DNA from: Oculina patagonica | Lineage: Eukaryota | Reading direction: 5' to 3' | NCBI RefSeq assembly: GCF_052425735.1 | Contig: NC_135761.1 | Location: 14,756,001 to 14,820,000 of the forward strand | Length of the DNA: 64,000 nt | Shown here: positions 39,289 to 51,000 of the stretch, in pieces | Layout: each line of letters starts with the position of its first letter | Numbering within the stretch: position 1 is the first letter of the stretch | Made by a program: the position numbers and the translations under genes | Notes under the pieces: generated by a model | The model's database searches: none | Told to the model about the DNA's origin: nothing | Seen by the model: only the letters and a program-made list of their open reading frames with translations

Positions 39289-40251
39289 AACAATTTTTCT
39301 TTGAAATCGAGGTGAATAGTGGTAGAATATTCACCGAGCCGCGGAGCGGCGAGGTGAATATTCTGCCGCTATTCACCGAGATTTCAAAGAATAATTGTTT
39401 TAGTATATACACACGAAGTGATCTCAACAACAAGCGATCTCAAAGTTTTCAGAAGGAAACCATTTAAAGTCGATTTAATTGACCTCTCAATTCATGCGTG
39501 GGAAACGTACATATATGCGGCACTAACCGACATGCGCGAAACAGTTTACCGAATCTTCAAACATGGCAAATCTAGTTAATCTTCGATAAAATCCTCGTCA
39601 CAATCTAGCAAAATGGTCCTTTAACACCACTCAAACCTGCAATCTGATCAAAAACCTGCTTGCAAAACATTTTGACCGTTGAATCAAAGCTTTTGAAGCT
39701 CACTTGAATTGAAAATTGAAAGAGCAGTTGGCGAAGGATCCACCTGAAAGTTTGGATTATAAGCTTACTGAATGTCTGCAGAACTGTGGTGAAGACTGGA
39801 TGTTTTCTTGCACAAAGACTTTTTCCTGAATATTTGTGGAGGATCTTGGTTGAATAACACTTGATGATGATGCCGATAAATCTGCGGTATTCATTTCTGC
39901 CGATGCCAGGCGAAGAGCGACTTCACGGTAAGCAATTGTTTATCGTTTTAGTACTCGAGTTGTGTAGACATTGTGCTGCAAATTGCGAAATATGTAGTCT
40001 TCTCTTACTTTGAAAACCATCAGGCCAAATTTCTTAGCCTTTTTTTTGTCTTTTCTGGTTCAGCATCTTCTTGTATTCTTAGTATTTGCGATTCAGAAAC
40101 GCCGGCGAAACGCGAGTTTACGCCGGCCATTTTGTTTGAGTTTGGATCAAGCATTATTCACTCCGTAGGGAGTGAATAATGCTCATTAGCCCGAGATAGC
40201 GAACCAATCAGATTGCTTGAAACACCAAAATCCCTGAGTGTGTATATACTA
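39289..40251. mobile_element. Non-autonomous element with a 110-bp hairpin at its left end
   Basis: 39289-39399 is an imperfect palindrome (ctttgaaatc..ggtgaatag / ctattcacc..gatttcaaag). tagtatatacac at 39401 is inverted to gtgtatatacta at about 40240-40251. Confidence 0.55.
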
Positions 40252-43200
40252 AAGGGCCTTATTTCTGGTAAATACTTTTAACTTCAATGATAGCGGAGCT
40301 CCCAGCGGCACGAAGGGCCGCAAAGCAGAGCCCCATACCCTTAGAAAATTAACAGACCCATGCTTTTGGTTTTTCATGGTCATCATGGCTAGCGGCATAG
40401 TTCGGAGGCGCAAATGTCTAGCGACGAACGCCCCCAACATGGCGGCCATACTCCAGAAATAGGTTTATGGTTATGGTTAACGTCAGCTTACATCTTTGAT
40501 ATTGGACATCGATGTCATGGTCAATTGACAGCTGTCAAAACAACCAGTATCACATGATACTGCTGACCAGTATCACATGACCATATCGCGGGCTCACATA
40601 TAGAACATCATCGAGGTCGAATGTTTTTTTTTAAGTTAACCGCTGTCTAAGTAATGGTTTACATTGGATCGTGGGCTCAAGTTCTATATATATTTTATAT
40701 CGGTCAGTAAATTCGGACTTTTGAAAAGGGCGAAGTAACTAACCGGGGAGCTCCGCTTTTAGGCTTGGCTAAATATTTATATTGCTTTGCAGGTATGAAG
40801 TGGTTTGTGACTACAATTTCAACGACCAGAAATTCTCTGGTGCCACTGGACATTTCACTCAACTGGTGTGGAAAAAAAGTACCAGACTCGGTCTGGGTTT
40901 TGCCAGAGGATCTTTTAGCTTTAAAAGGGAGGGGGGGGGGGGGGGTAATGAGTGCTTCAAGGAAGCAGGGAACAAGAAGGGAGCATTTCAACAGAATGTC
41001 GTAAAGGGAACATTCAATAGGAAAGAAACATGTCCCCAAGAAGAAAAACGTAATAGAGTTTCTGTTAAGTTATTGAATGTTTTGTTGAATCCTTGAAAGG
41101 AAAATTGAGGCAGATTACAAACCAGCTTAAAAAAAAGTCAAATATACGTAATAAAAAGGGCCTAAGGTTTCGTAGTTCGCCATTTAGAATCTAACGTAGT
41201 TGGTTGAAGATCGTTAGTCGTACGAACAATCTGCGTCATTTTCCAGTAGAAAGACCTGAAGCTGTAAATCAGCCGACCTGTTATAAATGAGATGTTAAGT
41301 GCATGGCTATCAATTAAATTGTAATTTCACCTACATGTGACATTAAAATATGTGTAAAATCTTCAAAAATTGCTGCTATGATTGCCAAGGAATATTGGGG
41401 AGGATATTGCCGGTGGGTCTAAATGACCGTGCACGTGCAAAATGTTAGGCAATCTGGATGATCTGTTGTTTTGATGAACATTTTAACATTGCAAACTGGT
41501 TGGGCGGTGAAGCAGCTCTCGCAAGATCTCACATGAATGGCTTGCAACCTTTCGAGAGAACAACAGAACAAACAACAGGAACAATGCCCCTAGCTTGCCC
41601 CCACCAAAACAAAAGCAACAGCTACACTAGAGGACCTGTAGAATAAAAAGCTTAGACGAACAGCTACACTCCTGAACTGGTTACTGCGCTCACATTCTGA
41701 TTAGGTCCTAGTCCATGAGAATTAAGAAGCAGATTAAAAAAATTCTATCGGTGTTCTAATGCAATGCTGCATTTAAACTTGGTAAGCTATCGTACAATAT
41801 CAGTCATTAGCATAACCCAGTGACTGAATATTAGGCAAACTGGCAATCTGACTGGCTACACAAGCGCGGTCTAATTAACAATAAGACCACGAGCCCGAGT
41901 TTTCTATGAGAGAACATAGTCAGCGAGGTGAAGCAGAGTTGATTATAATTATCGCTTATAGAAAACTCGGGCTTGTAGTAGTCTAATTGTTTAATAGAAA
42001 ACAGCGAGAGAACTTATCAGATTCGCGGATTTCTAATAGAACACCGCCGAGTGTCTAAGCATTTAATGACGAGCCGCAAGGAAAACAGTGAGTTGTGTTT
42101 CCAGGAGAGCCTACATTGAGGGTCAAAGTCATTATAACCCCCAATCGCTTGTCTTAATATTATCCACCACTGAATTTTCTTCAGCTGAAAATAACATGAA
42201 TTCATGAATTTATTCATTGAAATTGTTAACACTGCGCGATGCTTTTAGCTTTCGAATTTGCATTAAGAAATATCCTTCTTTGAGTCAAATAAATTTTTTG
42301 CGTATACAAATAATTTTTGTTGTTCAGCTGTTGACTCTCGAGTAGGAACAAAACAATGAATAAAAGCTTGCTTTTGCCCACAACTTCGAATTATTCGCGT
42401 TCATACCGTGGTTTTGAGCCGCACGTCCTGACCACGTGCAAGTCCAAGGTTCAAGCTGTTGTCACTCAAGGAGTTGGTGAGTTTTTGTTTGCCCTAGGGA
42501 GTTATACAGTTTTGACGCGCGCTACGTGATACGTTCTCGTCCAATAGAAAACTAAATTTCAGTTCCGACTTGCTTATTGGGGGGTGGGGGTCTTACAATA
42601 CTTCATTACCCAAACCCAGCTTGTTAAAGCGGTTGAACTTATATCGCAGTAGGTGCATGAAAATCAGTGAAGGAACAACCTGTTGTACGGTTAGTTATGT
42701 CTGTAACTAGATGTTATGTGTGTAACTGTAGATGTCAAAGTCATATAATTGCCCTCGATGGACAAACGCTATATAATTAGAAGAAGAAAATGCCTTTAGG
42801 ATATACTCGTTCCTTCTTCCACGTATTTTATACACAGGAAACCAAAATGCAAATACATTTTCTGTGCAGAAACCAAATTATTTAAAAACAATAAAGACTT
42901 CTAGTACCTGATGAGAGTTTCAGTACACAAACGACTGAAACGACGAAGGATAACCCGAATATAGGTTCATGCGCCCGAGTATTCAGACAACAAATGACGA
43001 CTTACATTTGTAAATATATATAAACTGTTATTTTTCGGTATAAGCTATACCATCATCGGGCTAAGAAAATTTTCATACAAGGTAGATCTTAAATACTGTA
43101 GAAAACGAAACGAAGCAAAAAGTTTACTAAAAAGAAAAGACAAGGTTTTCTACTGGATTTCAGTCCATTGTCGAGGGAAGGACTGTCAGGCGTTTTAATT

Positions 43201-43752
43201 TAATGATGTACTAAGACTCTGTATAGGAGAAGATTCCAGTTATTCGGCACAATCTAATGCCGTTGTGTTATCACGGACTACTTGGGTAAAATATTCTTTG
43301 TCACAACAGACAGGAGATGGAACAATGCCAGTATTAAAGAATCCGGTGAATTACACAAATTGCGAATAAAAATTAAATGATCGCACGTACGCGCGTCCGC
43401 AAGTGTTTGTGATAACACAACGGTATTAGATATTCTGATGATGGTACGGTATAGCTTATACCGAAATATAACAGTTTATCTACCAAGTCGTCATTTCTTG
43501 TCCGAATTCTCGGGCACAATAAGCCTATTCGGGTTATCCTTTGTTCTCCGTTTCTAAATTCTGTTAGAAAATAAAAAATAATTAATTTAGTGGTAAGATT
43601 ACGAGACTGGGGTTTTCTATCAGGGAATAGCCAACGTTTGTTTGGGTGAGCAGTACAATCGTTTGCTAATACATTAGAGAATGTAAATCATTATTATTCC
43701 AATGCTACGTTATTTGATACATTAGACTATTGTATTCCCCCATTGTCAGAAT

Positions 43753-43942
43753 TAGGCCTGGTTCACGTAACCACATGGACATAACAGCATAAAGAAAAGA
43801 TCAGTTCTTTCCTTATGTCGTTATGCTTATGTTATTATGTTCCAACTATGTGCTGACATAAAACATCAACGTGAGGTGTTTTTTTGCATTTGCGCGACCT
43901 TGCCGTTATGTTGTTATGTCGCTAGTGTGAAACAGGCCTAAG
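43753..43942. mobile_element. MITE
   Basis: ttaggcctggttcac ... gtgaaacaggcctaa; absent from the paralogous unit near 46340. Confidence 0.65.
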
Positions 43943-46647
43943 CGACATGAAAAATGCAGTGGAATAATTCATGTTATTCGATGGTTTTGCACATAATACT
44001 TTCACCTATTTCTCACAGTTTTCTCACCCCTAATAATAATGGGCTCGGAGAAAAGCAAAAACTACGACGCTCGTAAAATTCCTGCGTTAATATCTGCAAG
44101 ACCATCAAATAAGATGTATAAATTTTAAAACGATATTCGACGCTTTCGATGGTACAACATGATTCTCAAGTCTAAATTGCCATGACGTGATAAAAATTGC
44201 AAATTATAACGAGCATTCTAGCGAATTGTTGAGCCTTATTTCAAATAGCTCGAGGCGTATAGTCTTGAATGAATAAGTATTTTGTAAATTAATCGTCAAA
44301 TTTATTCAGGCACTTTTTTATTTCAAAAGTATTTTGCCGGAGATACCTTGCCTGTGCTTTGCGATGAATAAAAAGGATCTGTCCAATGATAAGTGCTCGC
44401 GCACACGCGTAGTTGGCAGGTGAGTTTTTGTTCGCCTTAGGGAATTATACAGTTCTGACGCGCGCTACGTAATACGTTCTCGTCCAATAGAAAACTGCAT
44501 TTCAGTTAAGGTGGGGGGGGGGGGGGGAGAGAAGGTCTAACAATTCTGCATCACTCAAAACTGACATCGCAGTACGTGGCATCAAAACAAACAGTGAAGG
44601 AACAACCTGAAGTTCAGTAAGTAATTTCTGTAACTACGTAGATGAAATGCGTGTAATTGTAAATGTCAAAGCAATAACAGCTTAGTAATATAGTTGCCCT
44701 CGATTCTATAGACGAACGCAAAATGAGTAGAAGAAGAAAATGCCTTTAGGATACGTTTCTTCATCAGTATTTTATACACAGGAAGCCAAATTCAAAATAC
44801 ATTATCTGTACAGAAACCAAATAATTTGAAAACAATGAAGACATTTTACGTTTTCTTAGTTTCTAAAACTAAGTACCTGACGAGAGTTTTAGTACATAAA
44901 CCACAAAGGATAACCCGAATAGTCATTGTGCCCGAGAATTCAGACCCCTGAACAAATGACGACTCCTGACTTGTTATATATATGAACTGTTATATTTAAG
45001 TATAAGCTTAACCATCACCGGACTAAGAAAATTTATATACAAGGTAGGTCTGAAATACTGTAGATAACGAGACGAAACAAAACGTTCACTCAAGAGAATA
45101 GACAAAGTGCTCTACTGGATTTCAGTCCATGGTTGAGGGAACTTGCTAGGCGGTTGGTGTAATATATGCCTCTTTATCTTTATGCTTGGATGGAATATTC
45201 CTTGTCACAACTGACAGGAGGTAGAACAATGTCAGTTTTTAAAGTATCCGGTAATTTACACAAATTGCGAATAGAAATTAAATGATCGCACGTACGCGCG
45301 TCCACAAGTGTTTGTGATAACACAACGGTATTAGATATTCTGATGATGGTACGGTATAGCTTATACCGAAATATAACAGTTGCGAATGAAAATTTAATGA
45401 TCAGACGATAGCAAGTGTTTGTGATAACACAACGGTATTAGATATTGTGACAATAATTGGATTCTTTTCTTCATTTAATAATTGGAATCTTCTCCTGCAC
45501 AAAGAGTCATATTACATCAAACGCCAAGCACCTTCCCTCAACAATGGACTGAAATACAAATCTATTCACTTGAGTTAACTTTTTGTTTCGTCTCGTTTTC
45601 TACAGTATTTAAGGCCTACCTTGTATGTAAATGTTTTTATTCTGATGAGGGTATACCGAAATATACCAGTTTATCTACCAAGTCGTCATTTGTTGTCTGA
45701 GTTTTCGGGCACAATAAACCTATTCGGGTTGTCGTTTGTTCTTAGTTTCCAAATTCTGTTAGAAAAATATATTAATTATTTTAGCGGTTAGATTACGAGA
45801 GTGGGGTTTTCTATTAGCGAATAACCATGTAACGTTTGCTGTCGCTAAAAGGAAGTCGTGGGGTGAGCAGTCAAAATTCTTTATTTGCTCTGTCATTTAA
45901 AGAAAAACATATGATGTTTACAAATCAAATGGTAAAAAAATGCCATTATTTTTCAAGCGAATGTCGACTATCCACAACAGCCAAATATCGTCGGCTTGAT
46001 ATTTACAATCAATGGCCATTTTACGTGTTTGTGAAAATTATCACCGTTGTCAAGGATATGATCTTCATGCATCATTTCATGCACGAAGCCTCTTCCTCTT
46101 CCTTTCGATCAATTGATCTAGCTGAAAAAATTCTCGTTCCACCAATGTCACCCATGTATATAACAACGTGGAACAAGAGAAAAAAAAGGACGTGAATGCA
46201 AACAATTAATGGTTTGCTGATAAATTGGACAGAAGCAAATCATTGTTATTCCAATGCTTCGTTTTTCGACCATATAAGGCCAGGAGAAGACGCAAATTAT
46301 AACATGTCATGAAACTATTGTATTCCTTCATTTGGCAGAATAAATGTCAATAAAGATGTGGCGGGATAATTCATCTGTTATTCGATGGTTTTGGACAAAA
46401 TACTTTATAACCTATTTCTCGCAGTCTTGTCACCCCTAATAAGGGGCTCGGAGAAAAGAAAACCTACGACGCTCGTAAAATTCCTGCGTTTATCATCTGT
46501 GAAACCATCAAATAAGGTGTATAAATTAACGCTACCCGACGGTTTCGATGGCACAAACATATATCTTAAGTCTGAGTGGTCATGATGTGATAAAAGTAGC
46601 AAATTCTAAGCAGCATTCTAGCAAGTTGTTTAGCATTATTTCAAATA

Positions 46648-47391
46648 TAGTCCGGCGGCTTAGCTCCTGAATTGTGCGATTTTTGATACAAGCACCAAAC
46701 TTTGCAGGATTGCAAGCATTCACATACTAATCAATTCTCGATATAGTGTAAACGCTAATTTCTTATTTTCAGCTAGTAGCAATGAAATTTTCAGTCAAGA
46801 GACCCCTCCCCCACAAAGTACAACTTCTTGCGCTTTTATACACCTTTTATTGTATATTTTATTTCAAAAATACAGATATGAAAATGCTTTAAATTAGGCT
46901 TACGATTGTTATGTTTTTACATTGTACCATCTTTTTTATACCAATAATTTACTAGGAAATTATTGCATCGAAAAATATTTTTTGTTCCCCGCCCTCTGCT
47001 CCCTCGTGTCTTTCGTTTTGCGTTAGTATCCAGGTCTCTCGCGATTCATTCGCCAATCCCAGCGTTCGCCGTTCGCTAACAGAAGAAAAATACGAAAATA
47101 TAGAGGGCTGTAAACAGTCTAAATTAAAGCATTTCATTCTAAATTTTGTACGGGCGACTTGGTATCACTAATTGACATAATAGTATTTGTCTAAAAACCA
47201 GGACAAACAAATATTTCACGAAATTTCATCGATTTTAATAAATTACGTTTTCCATGGAAACTGGCGTTTTTCGGGCTTGGCACTATATCTGAAAAAACTT
47301 CTGTTGGTGGCTACTTTCAGTGTGCCAAATTGCATGCTTGTATCAAAAAGTGCACAATTCAACCAAAATTTCGAGCTAAGCCGCCGGACTA
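46648..47391. mobile_element. Non-autonomous DNA transposon with 19-bp perfect TIR and 3-bp ATA target duplication
   Basis: aaATA[tagtccggcggcttagctc...gagctaagccgccggacta]ATAgctcgagg. Empty sites ttcaaatagctcgagg occur at about 29878 and 44240. Confidence 0.88.
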
Positions 47392-48082
47392 ATAGCTCGA
47401 GGCGGATATAGTCTTGATTGAATAATTATTGCGTGAATTCTGAATCGTCGAATTTATTCGGGCACTTTTTTTATTTTAAAAGTATTTTTTACCGGAGATA
47501 CCTTGCTTTTTCAATGAAAGCCTATGCTTTGCTATTAAAAAAAAACCTAATTTAAACTTCCTTTAAACACACTCACAAAAACCAACGTATATACCAAAAC
47601 AATAGGGAGCATTTATAGCATGTAGGATCAACTGTCAACGTGTGAGGAAGATCTTTTTATATCATCATTTTTTCAGCAGGATTTAAATTGCGAAGGGATG
47701 GCCAAGTCATCTCTTAGCAAACTGAGAGAGGCGAAGATTCTCCGTGCTTGACTTGTTTCTCATTTATAGAGAGGTCTGGGGACATGTCATGAGTTAAATT
47801 AGCTTTTTTTTGTTTGTTGTCCCATTTCAGACCACGTACCGCGTATATCCTGATGGGTAACATACCCATCAGGATATATAATATCTTTCAACTTCAAACA
47901 AGTTCTCGTGGAAATAAGAGAATAATTTCCAGAAGAACAACTCTCTGGAGAGTATCACATGATCAGAAATGGGCAATTTACATACGTAGCTTTCAAGCTT
48001 AAAAGCGATCCATTATTTAAATTGATAATTAAAATATAAAATATTATTCCATTTCAGCTGTATTTTGCCGAGAAGTCGAAAC

Positions 48083-51000
48083 ATGGCCGCATGGATGCGT
48101 TTACTAACATGTTGGATCTTGATTGGATTCTTCATATCGGGGGAAAGGTACGTAGGCAAACTTTCTTAGCAAATAGGAGATGTAAACAGCGCAAACAACG
48201 CGAAATAATGCTATTAATACATAGTACTGAGTAGCAAGCGGAGAGAAATATATTTTGTACTTCTGATAACTTCTTGCGCGCGGCCCTGCATATTTTCCCA
48301 CTCAGGTACTCGCAATAGGCTACACCTCTCAGTGTATGGCTATAAACCCAGCTGACCTCGTTGTTATATATTTAATTATTATTTTCTTTATTTTTATGTA
48401 GCGCCAGCGTAAAGGATGAAGAAGTGGCGCGGGAAGGTCTGTTAAAGCAACACACAACGCAGTTATACTAGATAACTTATATGCTTACCTTAAGACACTA
48501 GATCAGTTTTTGGTTAGGGGCAGGTGGGAGGAAGAATGCGCACTATTGATATTAGCAATAACTCTTCAAATGGGTGAATCAGGAGAGACGTAGGTTCCAA
48601 TCGGTGACTTTCGATAAGATTTTATTGGCACAGTTAGCAAGGAAACGTTTGAGCTTATATTTGGCATCTGTAAAAAATGATCGAAACACAAAGGATTTTT
48701 TTCGGCTGCAAAAACACATTAGTGGCATTAGTGAAAATATTAGTGGTGGTGCACTGTTTGCTTTTGAAATTAGATGAGTTAATTTGTTTGTTTGCTTGCG
48801 TGTAAGAACATTTGATAACTGTTGATAGCAAATAAAAGTGAAAGTGTTGCGACAGAAACTAGCATTGCGGTTAATTATAGTTTGTTAAGTCCAAAGTCAA
48901 CTCGTTAATACATCAATGTTTCGGTTTAATTTATTACGCCATTACTGTTGTATTCTATGAATGGCGGGTAAACAAGTGTACAGTATAACTGACTATATAA
49001 AATGTCTCTTTTTTTTTAACTTCATATTAGTCCTTTCTAACTGCCGGGGAGTCTAACAATTCAGAATGAACACTATTATTCCTTGGTAGACGGCCTAATA
49101 ATTCCCTTTGACAATATTCCCAGTGTCTTAGTACATTTTGTAGTTTTATAAAACTAGCTCTATCTTTTCTTCATGGTTTTTGACAGAGGGCTCCAGCTGT
49201 CCAGTAAATCTTCCACAGAAGTCTACCAAGCGCTGTAAAGTTCTTCGGGAAACTGAACTGGCGGCTCAGAAAGCAATATATCAGCTCACCATAAAACCCC
49301 CCTTACCAATGCCTTTGGTTAACATGACCATTAAACAGCTAGCAGCTCACCATTCCCAAGATGAGTTTTTTAAGGAACATTTTACGAATTACTTCGGCAT
49401 GCTGATGAAGACCAGAAGACTTGGTGCCCAGTGGATAGCAGAACATACAGAGGAGATTACCGAATTTCAAGGATACGAAAACATTTATCACGAATTCAGA
49501 CGCAACATGTTAACTGTGAGTTAAAAGTTTAGAGAAGATACTACATTAATAGTGTACCAAATTAGTCGCACAGCTGTCAATTCAGATGAGATAAGAAAAG
49601 GGGGCGAGGGGTGTGATATGACAGCTCTTTTGTTGTTTAACAAAAACTGGAAACGGGATAGCTGCGCCCTGCTCACTGCATCCACGATTGATGCACACAG
49701 AGACCACAGTCAGGTCTTAAGCTCCGGCTGATCCAGGTGACGACAGTTTTCTTTAGTGAATAAATGTTTTCTGCTACGTGATTGGCCTGATAAAGCTCTT
49801 ATTTTTCTTACAACACAGGGCTCCGATTTCTTTCGATTTGTCTCAGACTCCGAGCCCTTCCAGGATTTTCTAAAGGATTGGCGAGATGACAACATATTTA
49901 CAGACCTTAGACTGTGTGGAATAAATCCTATGGTGCTTCGCAGGGTAACGGACGATGCTTGTAAGTGGAATTAATTATGGACTTGAATATATATCATAAG
50001 TACTTTTTAATAATCATTGAATACTATATGGAAGGGTGGAGTAGGGGCAGGAATACATCACTTGTGCCGAAAAGATATTTTCCCCATAAATTCCGTTTGT
50101 GACACATTTACATTTTTACAGTTTTTTGACTTGTCAACTGTTATTCCTAAAAATCACAGTAAAATGTATTTTTTATTCCCACGATTTAAGCTGACGTTGG
50201 GTTGAAATGGTCTGAGCTGAGCAAGGTACTCAATCCAAATTACAACTGGGAAGCTGCCATTCAAGCCATCATGAATGAACCACTTGACAAGGTATTAGAC
50301 TAGTTATTTTAACTTGCCGCCTTACTGGTTCAGTAGATTGAAGATTATTTTTTCCTGAATAGTTTACTACGGCCCTTTCGGAATGTAACTTACCTCTCGT
50401 TACAAATCATTTACCTAAATAAAAAGCCTAGAAAGTATCTCTCGTTCATGAAGTCATAAAAAAGAAATCAAACATTCTTCCATTTCCTTGTGAACCATAG
50501 TCGAGTCCAGCTGTTCAATCGAAGGAGAATTACAGCTTAGTTTTATCGACTCCATCGGTGAACAGATTAATTAGCTACGGGATAGTCTGACTAGTACATG
50601 TATAAATTTTAATTTCATTTGGCTACCAAAGAGCTCAATGTTTCAAAACGCAGAATCGACACCTACAAGAAAATGATCGAATAGTTTACCAGTATGATTA
50701 TTGCCATTACTTCCTCTATTTTCCCCGTTTATAGGCTGTTAAAGACGGCTATGTGTATGTTCTCCGATACGAAGTGTTCGATGACCTGATTTCATTTCCT
50801 GATGTGGCGGATACTCGTCCTGATCGATCTTTGTGGCCAACGACATCACCAATAGCTCTTTTTGCCGTAAAAGACAAACGCCTTCGCCCTGTGGCTATTC
50901 AAATCGATTATAAACCAGGTTTGAAAAGTTAAAGCCAAATATTTCTTTTCTTTTATAAATTAGCCATATACCCTACGAAAGTGATTTGACCATTGACGTT

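Larger units (their letters stand above)
36610..41096 (+). pseudogene. CAP-6 pseudogene; exon remnants 36610-37892, 38397-38624, 40793-41096
   Basis: In-frame TAA at 36708-36710 (NA*K vs NAKK in CAP-4), a frameshift near 37020 and another near 38520. ENLGxxC and LFVVGRY are deleted, and I found no signal-peptide exon. Splice sites and GHFTQLVW remain. Confidence 0.85.
42470..47530 (+). repeat. Internal tandem duplication of the LOX upstream region (about 42470-44370 and 44415-47530)
   Basis: Both units begin ggtgagtttttgtt.gcc.tagggaNttatacagtt and end tcaaaagtatttt..ccggagataccttgc-like. A third copy lies at about 27560-30030. Confidence 0.85.

Noticed and set aside
41100-48082. Allene oxide synthase or PLAT exons upstream of LOX (AOS-LOX fusion)
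   Set aside because: No catalase-like or PLAT motifs found; the region is duplicated non-coding DNA, and LOX begins with its own signal exon.
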